Source of the DNA: Nitrospirales bacterium
Lineage (GTDB): Bacteria; Nitrospirota; Nitrospiria; Nitrospirales; UBA8639
Direction of reading: 5' to 3'
NCBI GenBank assembly: GCA_965203295.1
Contig: CBDBCZ010000019.1
Coordinates: 480,001-544,000 of the forward strand
Length of the DNA: 64,000 nucleotides
In this document: piece after piece, positions 46,342 through 57,374 of the stretch
Layout: every line of letters begins with the position of its first letter
How positions within the stretch are numbered: position 1 is the stretch's first letter
The notes under the pieces: generated by a model
What the model saw: only the letters and a program-made list of their open reading frames with translations
Told to the model about the DNA's origin: nothing
The model's database searches: none
Program-made: the position numbers and the translations under genes

Positions 46342-48331
46342 ATGAGCACTCATAGAGCCAATGTATTGATATTTACGCTTACATCCATTGTTTCTTGCTT
46401 TACAATAACAAACGGGTACTTAACCCACCAAATATCCATGGGCATGTTATTTCACACCGATTCGCTGTATTTGTCAGCACTCTTTAGCGATATTCAAAGG
46501 AATTTTAGCAATTTCGCGTCATGGAATCTCCCTCAAGCGCCATACTTTTTTCCAGATATGCTTTTGTTTTTCGGCTTAAAGGCATTGATAGGAGACACGT
46601 ATAAGACATTTTACGCCTTTGCGATAATTCAGAACTTACTTGCGTTACTCTTGGCCTCTGCGATTGCGTCAACTACGACTAAAAATTGGAAATCGCTCGC
46701 TTTCTTATCGACCGTATTCTTAGTTGTCATCACTTTTTATACCACACAAAACAAGACGCCATTTATACTCTTACTCCTAAGCGGACATCATTTTGGAAAC
46801 GTAATAAATGGATTGTTACTTCTTTAATGCTACGATTTTAGCCGTAAAGAAACCAGATAATAATTATTGGCCTTTACTTCTCATCATAATTTCATGCCTG
46901 GGCGCCGCCTCTGACTTGCTATTCTTGGTCTCTTTTGTCGCCCCTTTGACTCTTTCAATTTTCATAGCATTCCTTTTTGAAAATCAAAAAAAATATCTGC
47001 CTTTTAAAACTATAGCTTTAATAACAGTTGGGGTCGTAGCGGGAATTGCACTCAAGTCATCTCTAACACAATATTCAATGGCCTATTACGTTCACCTGAA
47101 TTATAGCTTCATAATAGAGCAGATCGATGGATTCATCTACCTGATTCATGAAATATATCAAAACGCTAAAGCTATATCTATTTACGTTTGCTTGTTCTAC
47201 ATTTCAATTCTAGGATATACAGTCTTATATATAAGAAGCGATGAATTATTATATGCAGAGAAGTTGCTATCACTAACAATCATTTTATCAGCTTCTATCA
47301 CAACTGCTATTCTTATTGTAAACGGAAATCTGGCTAAAGATGTTACCTTAGCTAGATACTTAATCACCATATTTTGGCTACCGGTTCTCTTCTGCTGGCT
47401 ACCACTAGCAAAATACATCAACACTCGTTTTAAAGAAATCCTAATAAGACTCGTATATTCTTTTGCGTTGATAGCCCCGATGACATATGCCAAGCCGCTT
47501 GATGCCTATCAACTAGAATACAAACCTTTAATATCTAGGTGCATTGATCAAGGCATATCAGAATATACCCGAGAAACGGGCTTAATGATCAAACATGGAA
47601 TTGCACAATATTGGCAAGCAAGACTAGCATCTGAGTTTTCAGATCTTGACCTACGTTTAGCTGCAGTGCAGAATAATCTATCGCCGTTTGTTGCGGCAAG
47701 CAACGCAGTCCGTAGAATAGCTTATGATTTTGCAGTTGTACCTCATCAGCTGGTGATGCATATTCACGAGACAACTTCATGTTTACTCGAGAACGAGTCG
47801 AACAACTTAATGGGAAACCCACGAAAGTACATGAATGTGATTATCAAGGCCTTCATAGGGCAACGATTTTAATATATGGCCCAGGCAAGCTTCTCACAGA
47901 AAAGATAAAAATACGAAAAGCTGGCGACCAATACACCTGGCTCGCATGCGAACTTCCAACCGTCATAGGCGAACAGACCAATGATTGCGAGATGAGAACC
48001 CCCATCGGCTCGAAGTCTGGGTTTCTTTCTTATGGGCCATACGAGCGTATTCCAGCTGGCACATATCGCTTCAGTATTTCATACAGTATACAGTAGTGGT
48101 GCAGCAACTAAAAAACCTGTCGGTTTTTGGGATGTCGTGATCTTTTTATCAGACAGACCAATAGAGCTGTCGCGAGGGGAACTTCTGGGAACGAATGACG
48201 ATAACGAGATAATTAGAGGGACTTTCGAGCTTGGGGAAGCGTACAGCATGGAGTCAATCCAAATTCGAAACTTCGTTGATACGACGAACCAAGTGATGAT
48301 TCATTCCATAACAATTAAAAAGATCCGTTAA
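46342..48331 (+). pseudogene. Polytopic membrane protein, GT-C-like (copy B), frameshifted
   Basis: FHTDSL...WNLPQAPYFFPD, AQYWQAR and a YGPY domain. Frameshifts near 46820 and 47770, and a 7-bp duplication ATACAGT x2 at 48081-48094. Confidence 0.75.
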
Positions 48332-48443
48332 GAGTAGAGGAACGACTGTTTTCTACCTACTCAAATCCAGTGTGACTGACCTTGTAAGCCTCCCTCAGTT
48401 GAAGTTGGAAAGCATAATCTAGTTTAAATGTGTAACCGCAGAC

Positions 48444-49343
48444 TCAGGATAGAATCTCCTTCAAATCTTCTTGCGAAGGCGCAAACCAATAGGAACTCGT
48501 CACGGGTTTCGAATACTCGATGAGTTTATCAGAGATGCCATCACTCCAGGTGCCGAACATTCGTTCCAAAAGAACTTGAAACCGTCGTAATTCACACGCA
48601 AATGCCAAGAAGTACAGTCCATATTACTTCACAGTGCCGTAAGGTGCACTGCGCCGATAGATCTTGAGGGCCTTGCCGTTTTCTTTGAAATCGGTTCGGC
48701 TGACATGTGAGGTTGGCGGCATAGCCGCACCTTCCAACTCAACGCTATCAGGTTTTGTTCTGCCCATGACTTGTTCTTGTTCGGTTTGAGAAAGTTTGTT
48801 GAAGGCTGCGAGGTTGTGTACCCATTGTTGGGACAAAACGAAACTGCCACTGGACCCAGGCTGGCCTTCTGGGATGAGGGCCGCCGATCGGACTTTTTCC
48901 CTTTTGGGGTTAGCTGTCCCGTCAATGAATCCAATAAGGTCGCGAGAATCCAAATATTGGAAACCTGCAAGATCTAACTTCAGTTCAGCTACTGGGTTCA
49001 TCGAGGATTGAATGCGGAGAGCTTCGGCAAAGTTTGCATCATGATGAGAGCCGTGTATCCAAAAAAAGATATCGCGTTGAGTTGAGGGAATCGTATGACC
49101 CTTGGTCCCAGATATCGGCTCAAAGGGTTGAAATCCTTGAGGTTTCATTGATGAACCCAATTGGCTACAAGCTTTCTTCCCAAATGACACAACGATGTGA
49201 GGGCCCTCATCATCCTGGGTACGAACTGAAGATTGAATGGCCCTTCGCACTTCAGATGCAGGGCAGTTGGGATTCAGCTCATACTCCAGAAAGTAAAAGT
49301 TGGTACTTTCCTCAATAAAAATGCCTTGTTGCGCTGACCCCAT
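48444..49343 (-). pseudogene. Dyp-type peroxidase (YfeX-like) with an in-frame TAA at 48624-48626
   Basis: GFIDGTANP, proximal His in TSHVSR, and IYRRSAPY. The frame continues YGLYFLAF...YWFAPS to TGA at 48444. Confidence 0.9.
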
Positions 49344-49382
49344 AGCTCTACTCACCCTTTCTTTTTAAGATCTGTCAAAGGC

Positions 49383-50459
49383 TCACATTGGAAATTTTTG
49401 CGGCGGAGTGATCTGCCATCCCTCACCAGATAAAGATAGCAAAAATTCTATCAAATCTTTTTTCTCCTGTTCCGTTAACTTCAGGGAAATGATCAGCGAA
49501 TCTTGGTGAGGATTGGCGATACCCCCTTGATCGTAAAAGTCAACAACGGCACGCAACGAAGCAAAGCGCCCGTTATGCATGTATGGAGCTGTTCGTGAGA
49601 TTTCCCGGAGAGTCGGGGTCTTAAAGGCTCCAATTTCTTCTGGGTTCTTAGTAACATGGTATCGACCAAGATCCACATGGTCCATATCCCAATCGATCCC
49701 GAGGTTATGGAACTTCTCATCCGTAAAGTTAAACCCGGAATGACACCGTGTGCATCGTGCTTTGCCCAAGAAAAGCTTGAGCCCTCGTTGTGCTGCTGGT
49801 GATAATGCGTTCTCTTCTCCCCTGTAGTCGAACCTGTCATAGGGGCTATTACCGGATAATATGGTTCGCTGGAAGCTCGCAATGGCCTTGCCAATCAAAG
49901 CCGTCGAGATCTCTTCCGTGCCAAAAGCCTTTTTGAATAGAGGCTTATAACCCTCAATGGTGTTTATTTTTGCAACCAGTTCATCATGATTCTTGAACCC
50001 ATGTTCAATAGGATTCGCAAATGGCCCCACGGATTGCTCCTCCAATGTTGCGGCTCGACCATCCCAAAATTGCGCAGAGCTGAAAACCCTATTGATAGAG
50101 GCTGGGGCGCTTCGGCCTCCTTGTTGACGATGTATACCCGCTGAGACGGGTTGCCCATCAGTGAAGGCCAATGTCGGCATGTGGCAACTTCCGCACGCGA
50201 TGCTATCGTTTTGAGAAAGTCGTTTATCGAAAAAAAGGAGCTTCCCCAGTTGGACCTTTTCCTGGGTCAGAGGGTTATCTTTAGGAATGATGAGGCTGTC
50301 TTCATCCAATCCCAAAGGTACCTCTAAATTATATTCCGTATCGGCATAGACAATTGGTAAAACCCCAATCAATAGCAAGCTGATCAAACCCATGACAACT
50401 GAGCCCTTCAAGAACCATTTCTTAGGGTGCTTAACCGAGAATTGGTGATGTTCGTTCAT
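49383..50459 (-). CDS. Di-heme cytochrome c peroxidase (bCcP/MauG family)
   Basis: Two CxxCH motifs (CGSCH, CTRCH), LFFDKRLS, QFWDGRA, FKTPTLRE, APYMHNG, and an N-terminal signal or TM segment. Confidence 0.93.
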   Translation of the reverse strand: MNEHHQFSVKHPKKWFLKGSVVMGLISLLLIGVLPIVYADTEYNLEVPLGLDEDSLIIPKDNPLTQEKVQLGKLLFFDKRLSQNDSIACGSCHMPTLAFTDGQPVSAGIHRQQGGRSAPASINRVFSSAQFWDGRAATLEEQSVGPFANPIEHGFKNHDELVAKINTIEGYKPLFKKAFGTEEISTALIGKAIASFQRTILSGNSPYDRFDYRGEENALSPAAQRGLKLFLGKARCTRCHSGFNFTDEKFHNLGIDWDMDHVDLGRYHVTKNPEEIGAFKTPTLREISRTAPYMHNGRFASLRAVVDFYDQGGIANPHQDSLIISLKLTEQEKKDLIEFLLSLSGEGWQITPPQKFPM

Positions 50460-50569
50460 GGAAAACCTCCCTCTTTAAGACTGATCTCATTGTCCTTGAA
50501 ATAATCTTTAGAAGATAAAAAATAGAATTAATCTTAATCTACAATAGCTCTAATCAATTACCCGAAAAC

Positions 50570-50983
50570 TTATGATTTCTTAACTCGCTTCCTTCCCTGT
50601 AGCAGAATGTGTACATCATTCACTTGAAAATCCTTCTTTAATCTGGATTTCAATTTGATCAGCTCAGGGTCAATATCGAATAAACGGCCTGTATCCTCAT
50701 CCAAAAAATGGTAATGCTTTCCCACGTTACAATCATAAACAACTTTGGATGAGTGGGGTAATTTAAATTCTTTTAACAGCTTAGCTTCCACTAGGACCTT
50801 CAAGGTATTATACACCGTGGCCAAACTGAGTTTGGGAAAGTTGTGGTCAGCCCATGCCTTGACTTGCTCAGCCGTCGGATGATCTGCCTCACACAGCACA
50901 TACTGAAAGATGGCAATACGCTGGGCTGTTGGTTGAACCCCTGAAGCTTCCAGCTTTTTACTTATACCCTTAGCATCCATCAC
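50570..50983 (-). CDS. Fur family regulator (PerR/Irr-like)
   Basis: TAQRIAI, HPTAE, SLATVYNTL, HYHF. No CxxC zinc motifs. Lies upstream of two peroxidases. Confidence 0.88.
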   Translation of the reverse strand: MMDAKGISKKLEASGVQPTAQRIAIFQYVLCEADHPTAEQVKAWADHNFPKLSLATVYNTLKVLVEAKLLKEFKLPHSSKVVYDCNVGKHYHFLDEDTGRLFDIDPELIKLKSRLKKDFQVNDVHILLQGRKRVKKS

Positions 50984-51022
50984 TGAGGCACTCTATTTCC
51001 TTTAATTTAGAGTCATTATTGA

Positions 51023-51054
51023 ATTAGAATAATTCTAATCATAATGAATGTCAA
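51023..51054 (-). promoter_or_regulatory. Promoter and Per/ICE-like operator
   Basis: TTGACA (51054-51049), 17 nt, TATTCT. Overlaps the palindrome ATTAGAAT-A-ATTCTAAT (51023-51039). Confidence 0.75.
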
Positions 51055-51156
51055 GACCGCACGTGCAGAGAAAGTAAGCTTTAGGGCTTTAAATGAAGGC
51101 TTTCGCAGGGGTGCGATGGCCGTTTTCGATCTGACCTCTGCAGAACACAGACATTG

Positions 51157-51381
51157 TTATGTAGAGTTGGAAGTTTGAGAAGAAGGGGGATGAAATTTCG
51201 CGGCATCAATAATGGACCATAGGTGGAAAATCCAGCCCAACAGGAAGAACCAAAGAGCCGCAGCTAACACAAATTGGATAATGGCAATGACCAACCGGCC
51301 CTGAAGAAGTTGACCTAAGCCGTGTATAAACAAACTACATAAAGCTGCGAGAACATTTCCTCCTTATCCTTGTCCGTTCAT
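51157..51381 (-). pseudogene. Small membrane protein with TAA at codon 6
   Basis: MNGQG*GGNVLAALCSLFIHGLGQLLQGR...HLWSIIDAA, preceded by a GGAGG RBS. Missed by the ORF track. Confidence 0.7.
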
Positions 51382-51554
51382 GAAGGCCTCCGTTGAAAGA
51401 ACGTGCTTTTATCTCAACGCTTTGCTCCCGTCAGTCCTACTCCAGATGAGAGGATTGAGAGAGGGGTTTGCACCAAGATGGTATACAGATCATGCGTTCG
51501 TATTCGGAATCATGACTTGAGATCGGTGTTTATAAGAGCATTCTGGAGAGACTG

Positions 51555-52016
51555 TTAGCTTAGGTTAGGTGTATTTGCCATGTATCGGATGGCCCACCAT
51601 ACCACGATTGGCAAAACTAACCCGACTCCTAAGGCTAGTGCTCCCAAAATCATAAGAACGATTCCCCTGCTTTTGGCAGGTTGTTCCTTGAGTGCTGTCG
51701 TATGCATGATCAGGCGTGATCCCGGAAGGGGAATAGGCTCAGGATCTCGCATTCGATTTCCCTCATACATCAAATAGGCACCCATCCCCACGACAGGAAT
51801 ACCGGCTGCCATCGACATGAATAGAAAGAGAATACTCTCTTTTAGCAGGACTCTTTCTGGGGATTGAATAGCCCGCGCTTGAAGTTGTTCCACCAATGAC
51901 ATGGTCAATTGGACAAGAAGGAGTCCAAGGCCTAACCCCACTACGATCAAGACAATGATGATGAGGCGGAACCTTTTAGTCCGGCGATGAATGGTTGTCG
52001 GCGAATTAGTCGTCAT
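51555..52016 (-). CDS. Hypothetical three-TM membrane protein
   Basis: Three hydrophobic segments. The start position is uncertain. Confidence 0.55.
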   Translation of the reverse strand: MTTNSPTTIHRRTKRFRLIIIVLIVVGLGLGLLLVQLTMSLVEQLQARAIQSPERVLLKESILFLFMSMAAGIPVVGMGAYLMYEGNRMRDPEPIPLPGSRLIMHTTALKEQPAKSRGIVLMILGALALGVGLVLPIVVWWAIRYMANTPNLS

Positions 52017-52143
52017 CAGATGAATATGGAGAATGGAAATAATGCTGGAAAATGTTTGGCCGTTGTCCACAGCGCTATGGAAGTGTGCTACATGGTTCTA
52101 CCGATGCGCAACAACTCGATGATGTTTCAGAAAGTTCCGAATA

Positions 52144-52641
52144 TCACTCAATAGTATTGGCAACAGGAATCTCATCCGGAAGGTCCTGAAAATCTTGCTC
52201 ATTTTCGAAAAAGGCGATAATCGGTCGATGATATCGTTGGGCTAATACAACTTCACTTCGTGTTCCAGGACCACTTGGAAAAGCCACAAGAGCGTCTGCT
52301 GAAAGAACAATGATATGGTTGCGAGAGAATGGATCAGTCCCTAAGGAACCGCTCAGCGGCAAGTGAGTCCCAATTGGAAGCTCAACCCACGGATTGGGAT
52401 ATCCTTTCTTTGGCGGACATAAAGGGTCATCCGAACTGGCGGGGAGAACTCCAATCACCAGGCCTTTTCGTCCTGACGTCTCGTAGAAGGCGCGGCTCAC
52501 AGACGCCATTACACCATCCCCACCACCAGTCAGCAGATGGACACCAATTTTAGCTAGCCAAGCCCCCAATTGGGAGGCTTCATTCTCCCACGCCTTCTCT
52601 GATGAGCCGATGACTTCAACAATTAGTCGACGTGCTTTCAT
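52144..52641 (-). CDS. SLOG/LOG-like Rossmann protein (molybdenum-cofactor-carrier-like), possibly frameshifted at the 3' end
   Basis: LLTGGGDGVM, VIGVLP, SRNHIIVLSAD, GPGTRSEV. Confidence 0.75.
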   Translation of the reverse strand: MKARRLIVEVIGSSEKAWENEASQLGAWLAKIGVHLLTGGGDGVMASVSRAFYETSGRKGLVIGVLPASSDDPLCPPKKGYPNPWVELPIGTHLPLSGSLGTDPFSRNHIIVLSADALVAFPSGPGTRSEVVLAQRYHRPIIAFFENEQDFQDLPDEIPVANTIE

Positions 52642-52874
52642 GAGGGATCATGTATGGCCGACATCAAGATCGACGGACAATTGAGTAACGTTTAACGGGA
52701 TCACTGCGTGAGATTCAAGAACTTCTGGACATTATCATGAAGTGCCTTTTGATACGGACGTAATGAGAAGGGCTCGAAAAAATCTAGAGAAAGCCCATTG
52801 ACTTGGATGTCGTTGCAGTTTGGATTCGCGAAGGGTACCATGTCAGTCAGTCTATGGTCTTCCCAGCGTTGTCT

Positions 52875-53396
52875 CTAGAGCCTTCCTTCTCGCTGGTAAC
52901 ATTGGAGTGATTGCAGAAAACCTCGATAGACCAAGAGTCTTGCAGAAGAGACGTAATATTGTTCCACAGCACTGCAATAACTCCCCTCTTGTCCTGCCGG
53001 ACAGGGCTTTAAGTTGCCTTCGGTAGAGGAAGAATCCATGCGGGCAATCTCTTCAGATTCGCGTTGAATGTGTTCTTCCTCAAGGAGGTCCTTTTTAAGA
53101 AATTTTATTTGTGCTGCAATTCCATCCGCTTGGTCAATCGCTTCGGGAATAGATGCCTTAACAGACTGTCGAATGGTCTTCTTGAACTCTGAAGAGGAAA
53201 TGTTTTCTAAGAGTCTTTCTAATTCCGGGGCTAAATGAGACAAGTTGTTTGGACAACTCTGTTGAAAAGACGATGATGCATTTTGATTGATCGGCTTAGA
53301 GGCTGAAGATGCCAGAGAAATGTGGCCTCCCAAAAGTAAAGCGAGAGTGGCATATGCCAGGACAACGCATTTGAGTGGTAGGTCTGAGATTCTCAT
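52875..53396 (-). CDS. Exported hypothetical helical protein
   Basis: Signal-peptide-like N-terminus, four Cys residues in the mature part, 173-codon ORF. Confidence 0.6.
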   Translation of the reverse strand: MRISDLPLKCVVLAYATLALLLGGHISLASSASKPINQNASSSFQQSCPNNLSHLAPELERLLENISSSEFKKTIRQSVKASIPEAIDQADGIAAQIKFLKKDLLEEEHIQRESEEIARMDSSSTEGNLKPCPAGQEGSYCSAVEQYYVSSARLLVYRGFLQSLQCYQREGRL

Positions 53397-53573
53397 GGGT
53401 GGATCAACCGACCTAGAGTAACACGATCAAGCTTACTCGGATCATCAGTCCATCAGGAAAGGACTGTATTTTGATCATTGTGTGTATTATCACGCATAAA
53501 GGAAGCCTTTGGCTAGAACGGAAGGGAAACATTCCAAAACTCGTGACCATTTCTTTTCTTAAGTGTTTCTTCT

Positions 53574-54551
53574 ATGCTTACGTTGACTGTGATGGGTCAT
53601 CGTAAGAACCTTATGAAGAAATCAATGGTATTGAATCCTGGAACATTATGGTCGAGGGTTCAAGAGCAAACCAAACTTGCCAAGGCCTGTGGAGCCATCC
53701 AATCCATTCACACAGAGTCCGAATTCATTGTGGACAGGAACATTCAGTTTCTTGTTCGTGTCGCTTCAAATTTAGCAAAAAGAGATGAGGCCAAACGAGC
53801 ACAGGTTCAGGAAGTCAATGGTGAGACGAAAAGTCGCAACCCATTTCTTCCATATGATAACAACTTATTTGTCACTAACATTTCTCAGACGCATGTGTGC
53901 CTGCTTAACAAGTTTAACGTGTTGGATTCTCATATCCTCATCGTCACGCGGGTCTTTGAAGACCAGGAGAATCTCCTGACCATTGAAGATTTCGAAGCCT
54001 TGTGGATCTGTATGGCCGAATTTGAGGGCTTAGCATTTTATAATGCGGGGACTGAAGCCGGGGCCAGCCAACCGCACAAACATCTCCAGATGGTCCCCTT
54101 GCCTTTGGCTTCCCGAGGACCCAAGGTTCCCATCGAACCCGTTTTGTCATCTTCGTCAGAATGTCGAAATCGATTCGTTGCAACGACGGCTCTACCGTAT
54201 GAATATGCGATTTCTCCTGTGGGTTCTGACTGGATAATTGATCCGCGAGAAGCCGCTAAGGAATCATTGAGATGCTACACGGCTATGCTGGAGAAGGTTG
54301 GGTTGAGGAAGGAAGCCTCGAAAGACAATACGAGACGTCCTGGTCCCTATAACTTCCTGGCTACACGGGAATGGATGATGCTTGTGCCTCGGTCAAAGGA
54401 AACTTTCGAATCCATCTCTATTAATGCTCTAGGGTTTGCCGGCAGCCTCTTCGTCAAAAATTCCCATGACCTAAAGATCTTGAAAACTCGTGGACCGATG
54501 GCAGCCCTGAAGGAAGTAGGAAAACCAACTATAATTGGAAGTTCTTGCTAA
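53574..54551 (+). CDS. ATP adenylyltransferase / Ap4A phosphorylase (Apa2-like)
   Basis: NPFLPYD, LLNKFNV, FYNAGTEAGASQPHKHLQ (HxHxQ), INALGFAG. The true start may be 53613 or 53625. Confidence 0.9.
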   Translation: MLTLTVMGHRKNLMKKSMVLNPGTLWSRVQEQTKLAKACGAIQSIHTESEFIVDRNIQFLVRVASNLAKRDEAKRAQVQEVNGETKSRNPFLPYDNNLFVTNISQTHVCLLNKFNVLDSHILIVTRVFEDQENLLTIEDFEALWICMAEFEGLAFYNAGTEAGASQPHKHLQMVPLPLASRGPKVPIEPVLSSSSECRNRFVATTALPYEYAISPVGSDWIIDPREAAKESLRCYTAMLEKVGLRKEASKDNTRRPGPYNFLATREWMMLVPRSKETFESISINALGFAGSLFVKNSHDLKILKTRGPMAALKEVGKPTIIGSSC

Positions 54552-54672
54552 GTACCATGCGGGGAAAGGTAGAGTCTGAGATTAGAAATTTATCTGTCGA
54601 TACATGGTATGATTCCATGATCAGAAAGCTACAGTCATTCTGACCACATTCGCAGAGAAGGGGAGGGAAGGA

Positions 54673-55896
54673 GTGACCGCATTCGAGGACTTTTGGGATG
54701 AAGTTCTAGCTGTTTGGGATATCGGTGTATTTGGGGCCAGCCTTGGAGAGGTCATGACCGCTCTCACGATCTTCTTGTTATTTTTGTTCGCGCGGCGACT
54801 GGTTTACCGCTTTGTCATTTTAACACTCATGATCTTTACCCGAAGAACCAAAACGAATTTAGATGATTTAATACTAGAAGCCATTGAAAAACCATTGGAA
54901 CTTGCTTTTGTTGTCGTTGGGCTCTATGTCGCGCAATCCGTAGCACCGGTATCGGAAGACATTCGATATGTCTTTGACAAAATCGACCGTTCCTTAATCG
55001 CGTTTATTATGTTTTGGATTTTCTACCGAGTTATCGAACCTCTTTCGCATCTGTTCGATAGAGCGGCTGGGTTATTCGGAAGCGCGAGGATGCATGAGAC
55101 CATGAAGAAGTTTTTTGTCAAGATCATTAAGGCGATCGTGGTCTGTCTCGGCGGGGCGGCCGTTTTTCAGGAATGGGGTTTCAATGTTGCGGCGGTTTTG
55201 GGAAGCTTAGGTCTGGTTGGTATGGCTGTGGCTTTGGGGGCCAAGGATTTTATTGCCAATATGTTTGCAGGGCTGACTATTTTTATGGATCGCATGTTCG
55301 AAAAAGGGAATTGGATCAGAACCCCAGATGTGGATGGTATCGTAGAGGATATTGGATTCCGGGCTACCAAAATTAGGAGATTTGATAAGGCTTTGGTCAC
55401 CATTCCCAATGGGAAATTGGCTAGAGAAGCCCTAGTGAATTTTTCACGGATGACAAACCGTCGGATTTACTGGACCATTGGCCTGGAATATCGAACAACC
55501 CAAGAACAACTGCGGGATATCATTAGAGAGATTTTTGGATACCTCAAGGAAAACCAGGATTTTGAGACAGACCCGTCCCGAACGAAGACCTTTGTCTTTG
55601 TGGATTCTTTTGGCGCGTCGAGCATTGATGTCATGCTCTATTGCTTCACCAAGACGACTGATTGGGGTGAGTGGCTAGCAGCGAAAGAAAAGCTTGCATA
55701 CCGCGTCAAAGAAATCGTAGAAAGTCATGGAGCGGGTTTTGCCTTCCCTTCGTCTTCAATCTATGTCGAAACGTTGCCGTTTGGAAAGCCAGAGCTGTTC
55801 CCCTTAGGGGGTCAGCAGAACCCTCAACAGGCCGGGAGTCAGTCCATTGACCTAACCGCCCCTTTTCTCCCCTCGCCTGATCGCTTCGGCTCTTGA
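54673..55896 (+). CDS. Small-conductance mechanosensitive channel (MscS family)
   Basis: TM segments, then GIVEDIGFRATKIRRFD, IPNG, NFSR, FAFPS. Confidence 0.92.
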   Translation: MTAFEDFWDEVLAVWDIGVFGASLGEVMTALTIFLLFLFARRLVYRFVILTLMIFTRRTKTNLDDLILEAIEKPLELAFVVVGLYVAQSVAPVSEDIRYVFDKIDRSLIAFIMFWIFYRVIEPLSHLFDRAAGLFGSARMHETMKKFFVKIIKAIVVCLGGAAVFQEWGFNVAAVLGSLGLVGMAVALGAKDFIANMFAGLTIFMDRMFEKGNWIRTPDVDGIVEDIGFRATKIRRFDKALVTIPNGKLAREALVNFSRMTNRRIYWTIGLEYRTTQEQLRDIIREIFGYLKENQDFETDPSRTKTFVFVDSFGASSIDVMLYCFTKTTDWGEWLAAKEKLAYRVKEIVESHGAGFAFPSSSIYVETLPFGKPELFPLGGQQNPQQAGSQSIDLTAPFLPSPDRFGS

Positions 55897-56021
55897 GCGA
55901 ATCTCTTTCTATTGGTAAAGAGAACCTTCTTAGTGGAATCAAGGCTTATCAACTTGCGAGGATTCAACGGGTTTTATGATTTGTTTGTTCTGGTTCACAT
56001 TTAACCTAAAGGAGTTCAACG

Positions 56022-56396
56022 ATGTCAGTCATGGAAATTGGTAAGGAACTTGTCGTGCTATGTCGTTAGGGCAAAAACTTGGAAGCCATCGAGAAGTTAT
56101 ATAGTCCAGACATTGTTAGCGTAGAAGCTATGGACATGCCGGGGATGGGACAAACGCAGCACGGAATTGAAGCCGTTAAGGGAAAGACTCAGTGGTGGTT
56201 TAGTAACTATGAGGTCCACAGCAACGAAGTCGCTGGACCCCTTGAAAACGGAAACAGGTTTATCGTGTTTTTTAAAGCCGATGTCACACAAAAGCAAAGC
56301 GGCCAGCGGATGACGATAGAGGAAGCGGGGCTGTATACCGTCGAAAACCGAAAGATTGTGAAAGAAGAATTTTTCTACAATCCCGGCGGGTGTTGA
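56022..56396 (+). pseudogene. SnoaL/NTF2-like protein with an in-frame TAG at 56067-56069
   Basis: AAGGAG RBS and ATG at 56022. MSVMEIGKELVVLCR*GKNLEAIEKLY...KIVKEEFFY. Confidence 0.85.
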
Positions 56397-56469
56397 TCCG
56401 AGGTCACAGGAGGGACAAGCCTTGCCCACCCTGTGATGAAAGACCGTCCTTAAGCAGGGATTTCGTCCT

Positions 56470-56994
56470 TCATCGTGCCCAATATTGTTGGTATTCCTTC
56501 AGGTGGGTCAAGGTCAAAAGATTAGGGAGTCGATCTAAGAATACCCTGCCATCGAGATGATCCATTTCGTGTTGCAGGACCCGCGCAAAAAATCCTTCAG
56601 CTCTGACTTCAGTAGGCTGGCCATGTCGGTCAAGTCAGGTGACACGAACAGCCGTCCATCGAGGAACTTTTCCACGGAGGTCGGGAACACTTAAGCAGCC
56701 TTCCCAATCAGGTTCCGTTTCCGAAGAATGAGATATGACTCGGGGGTTGAAGAGTATAGTTAAAGGCACGTGAGGGTAGCGAGGGTTAGAGGGGTTAACT
56801 TCCACGACAATGATCTGCTTGGAAATGTGGACCTGAGGAGCGGCAATTCCTACCCCATCTGCGTCACGCATTGTTTCGACCAGATCGTCGATGAAACATT
56901 GTAAAGTAGAAGATTTCCATTCATCCGGATTGAGAGGTTTCCCACCTGTTCGAATTGCAGGATGTCCGAGACGGGCAATTTTCAGCAGAGACAT
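56470..56994 (-). pseudogene. def: Peptide deformylase with an in-frame TGA at 56635-56637
   Basis: GVGIAAPQ and EGCLS lie before the stop. The metal-binding QHEMDHLDG lies after it, in frame. Confidence 0.92.
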
Positions 56995-57326
56995 CAGCGT
57001 GATTTTCCTTTCTTAAAGAAATTCTGGAGTCTCAGAGGGTTAACCGTTCCTCTCTTCGAACCTTCGTTATCATTGTGGTTTGTGCTTTTGTGGGTAGAGA
57101 GTACCTGAGTATGATGGTGGAACGAGCCATCATCTTAGCCCAGGAAAGGGAGATATGATAAGCCAAATCACTGATCATTGTCATATCTTACATCTGGGTA
57201 TTCCCCAAAAATGTGGTATGGTTGTTTGAGGAGGTTAAAGGGTCTTATGCTGTAAGAAGAGAGGCATAGGATCGAATTACCAATTTAAGAGATGGTGAAG
57301 AGAGAGATATTTTTTTAACCGAGTTC

Positions 57327-57346
57327 TTGACTATTCGTTCCAAAAT
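57327..57346. promoter_or_regulatory. Candidate TetR operator (second copy at 57970-57989)
   Basis: Reverse complement ATTTTGGAACGAATAGTCAA matches ATTTTGGAATGATCGATCTA upstream of the thioredoxin at 14/20 positions. Confidence 0.5.
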
Positions 57347-57374
57347 CTTATCTTGACACCAAGAGATTAACCCG

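Noticed and set aside
35819..48331. Site-specific shufflon or diversity-generating retroelement
   Set aside because: There is no invertase or reverse transcriptase in the window. The repeat looks identical rather than differing at adenines, and both host genes are broken.
48444..48626. Encapsulin cargo-loading peptide on DyP
   Set aside because: The reconstructed C-terminus ends ...APSQEDLKEILS with no linker or GSLxIGSL-like motif, and there is no encapsulin gene nearby.
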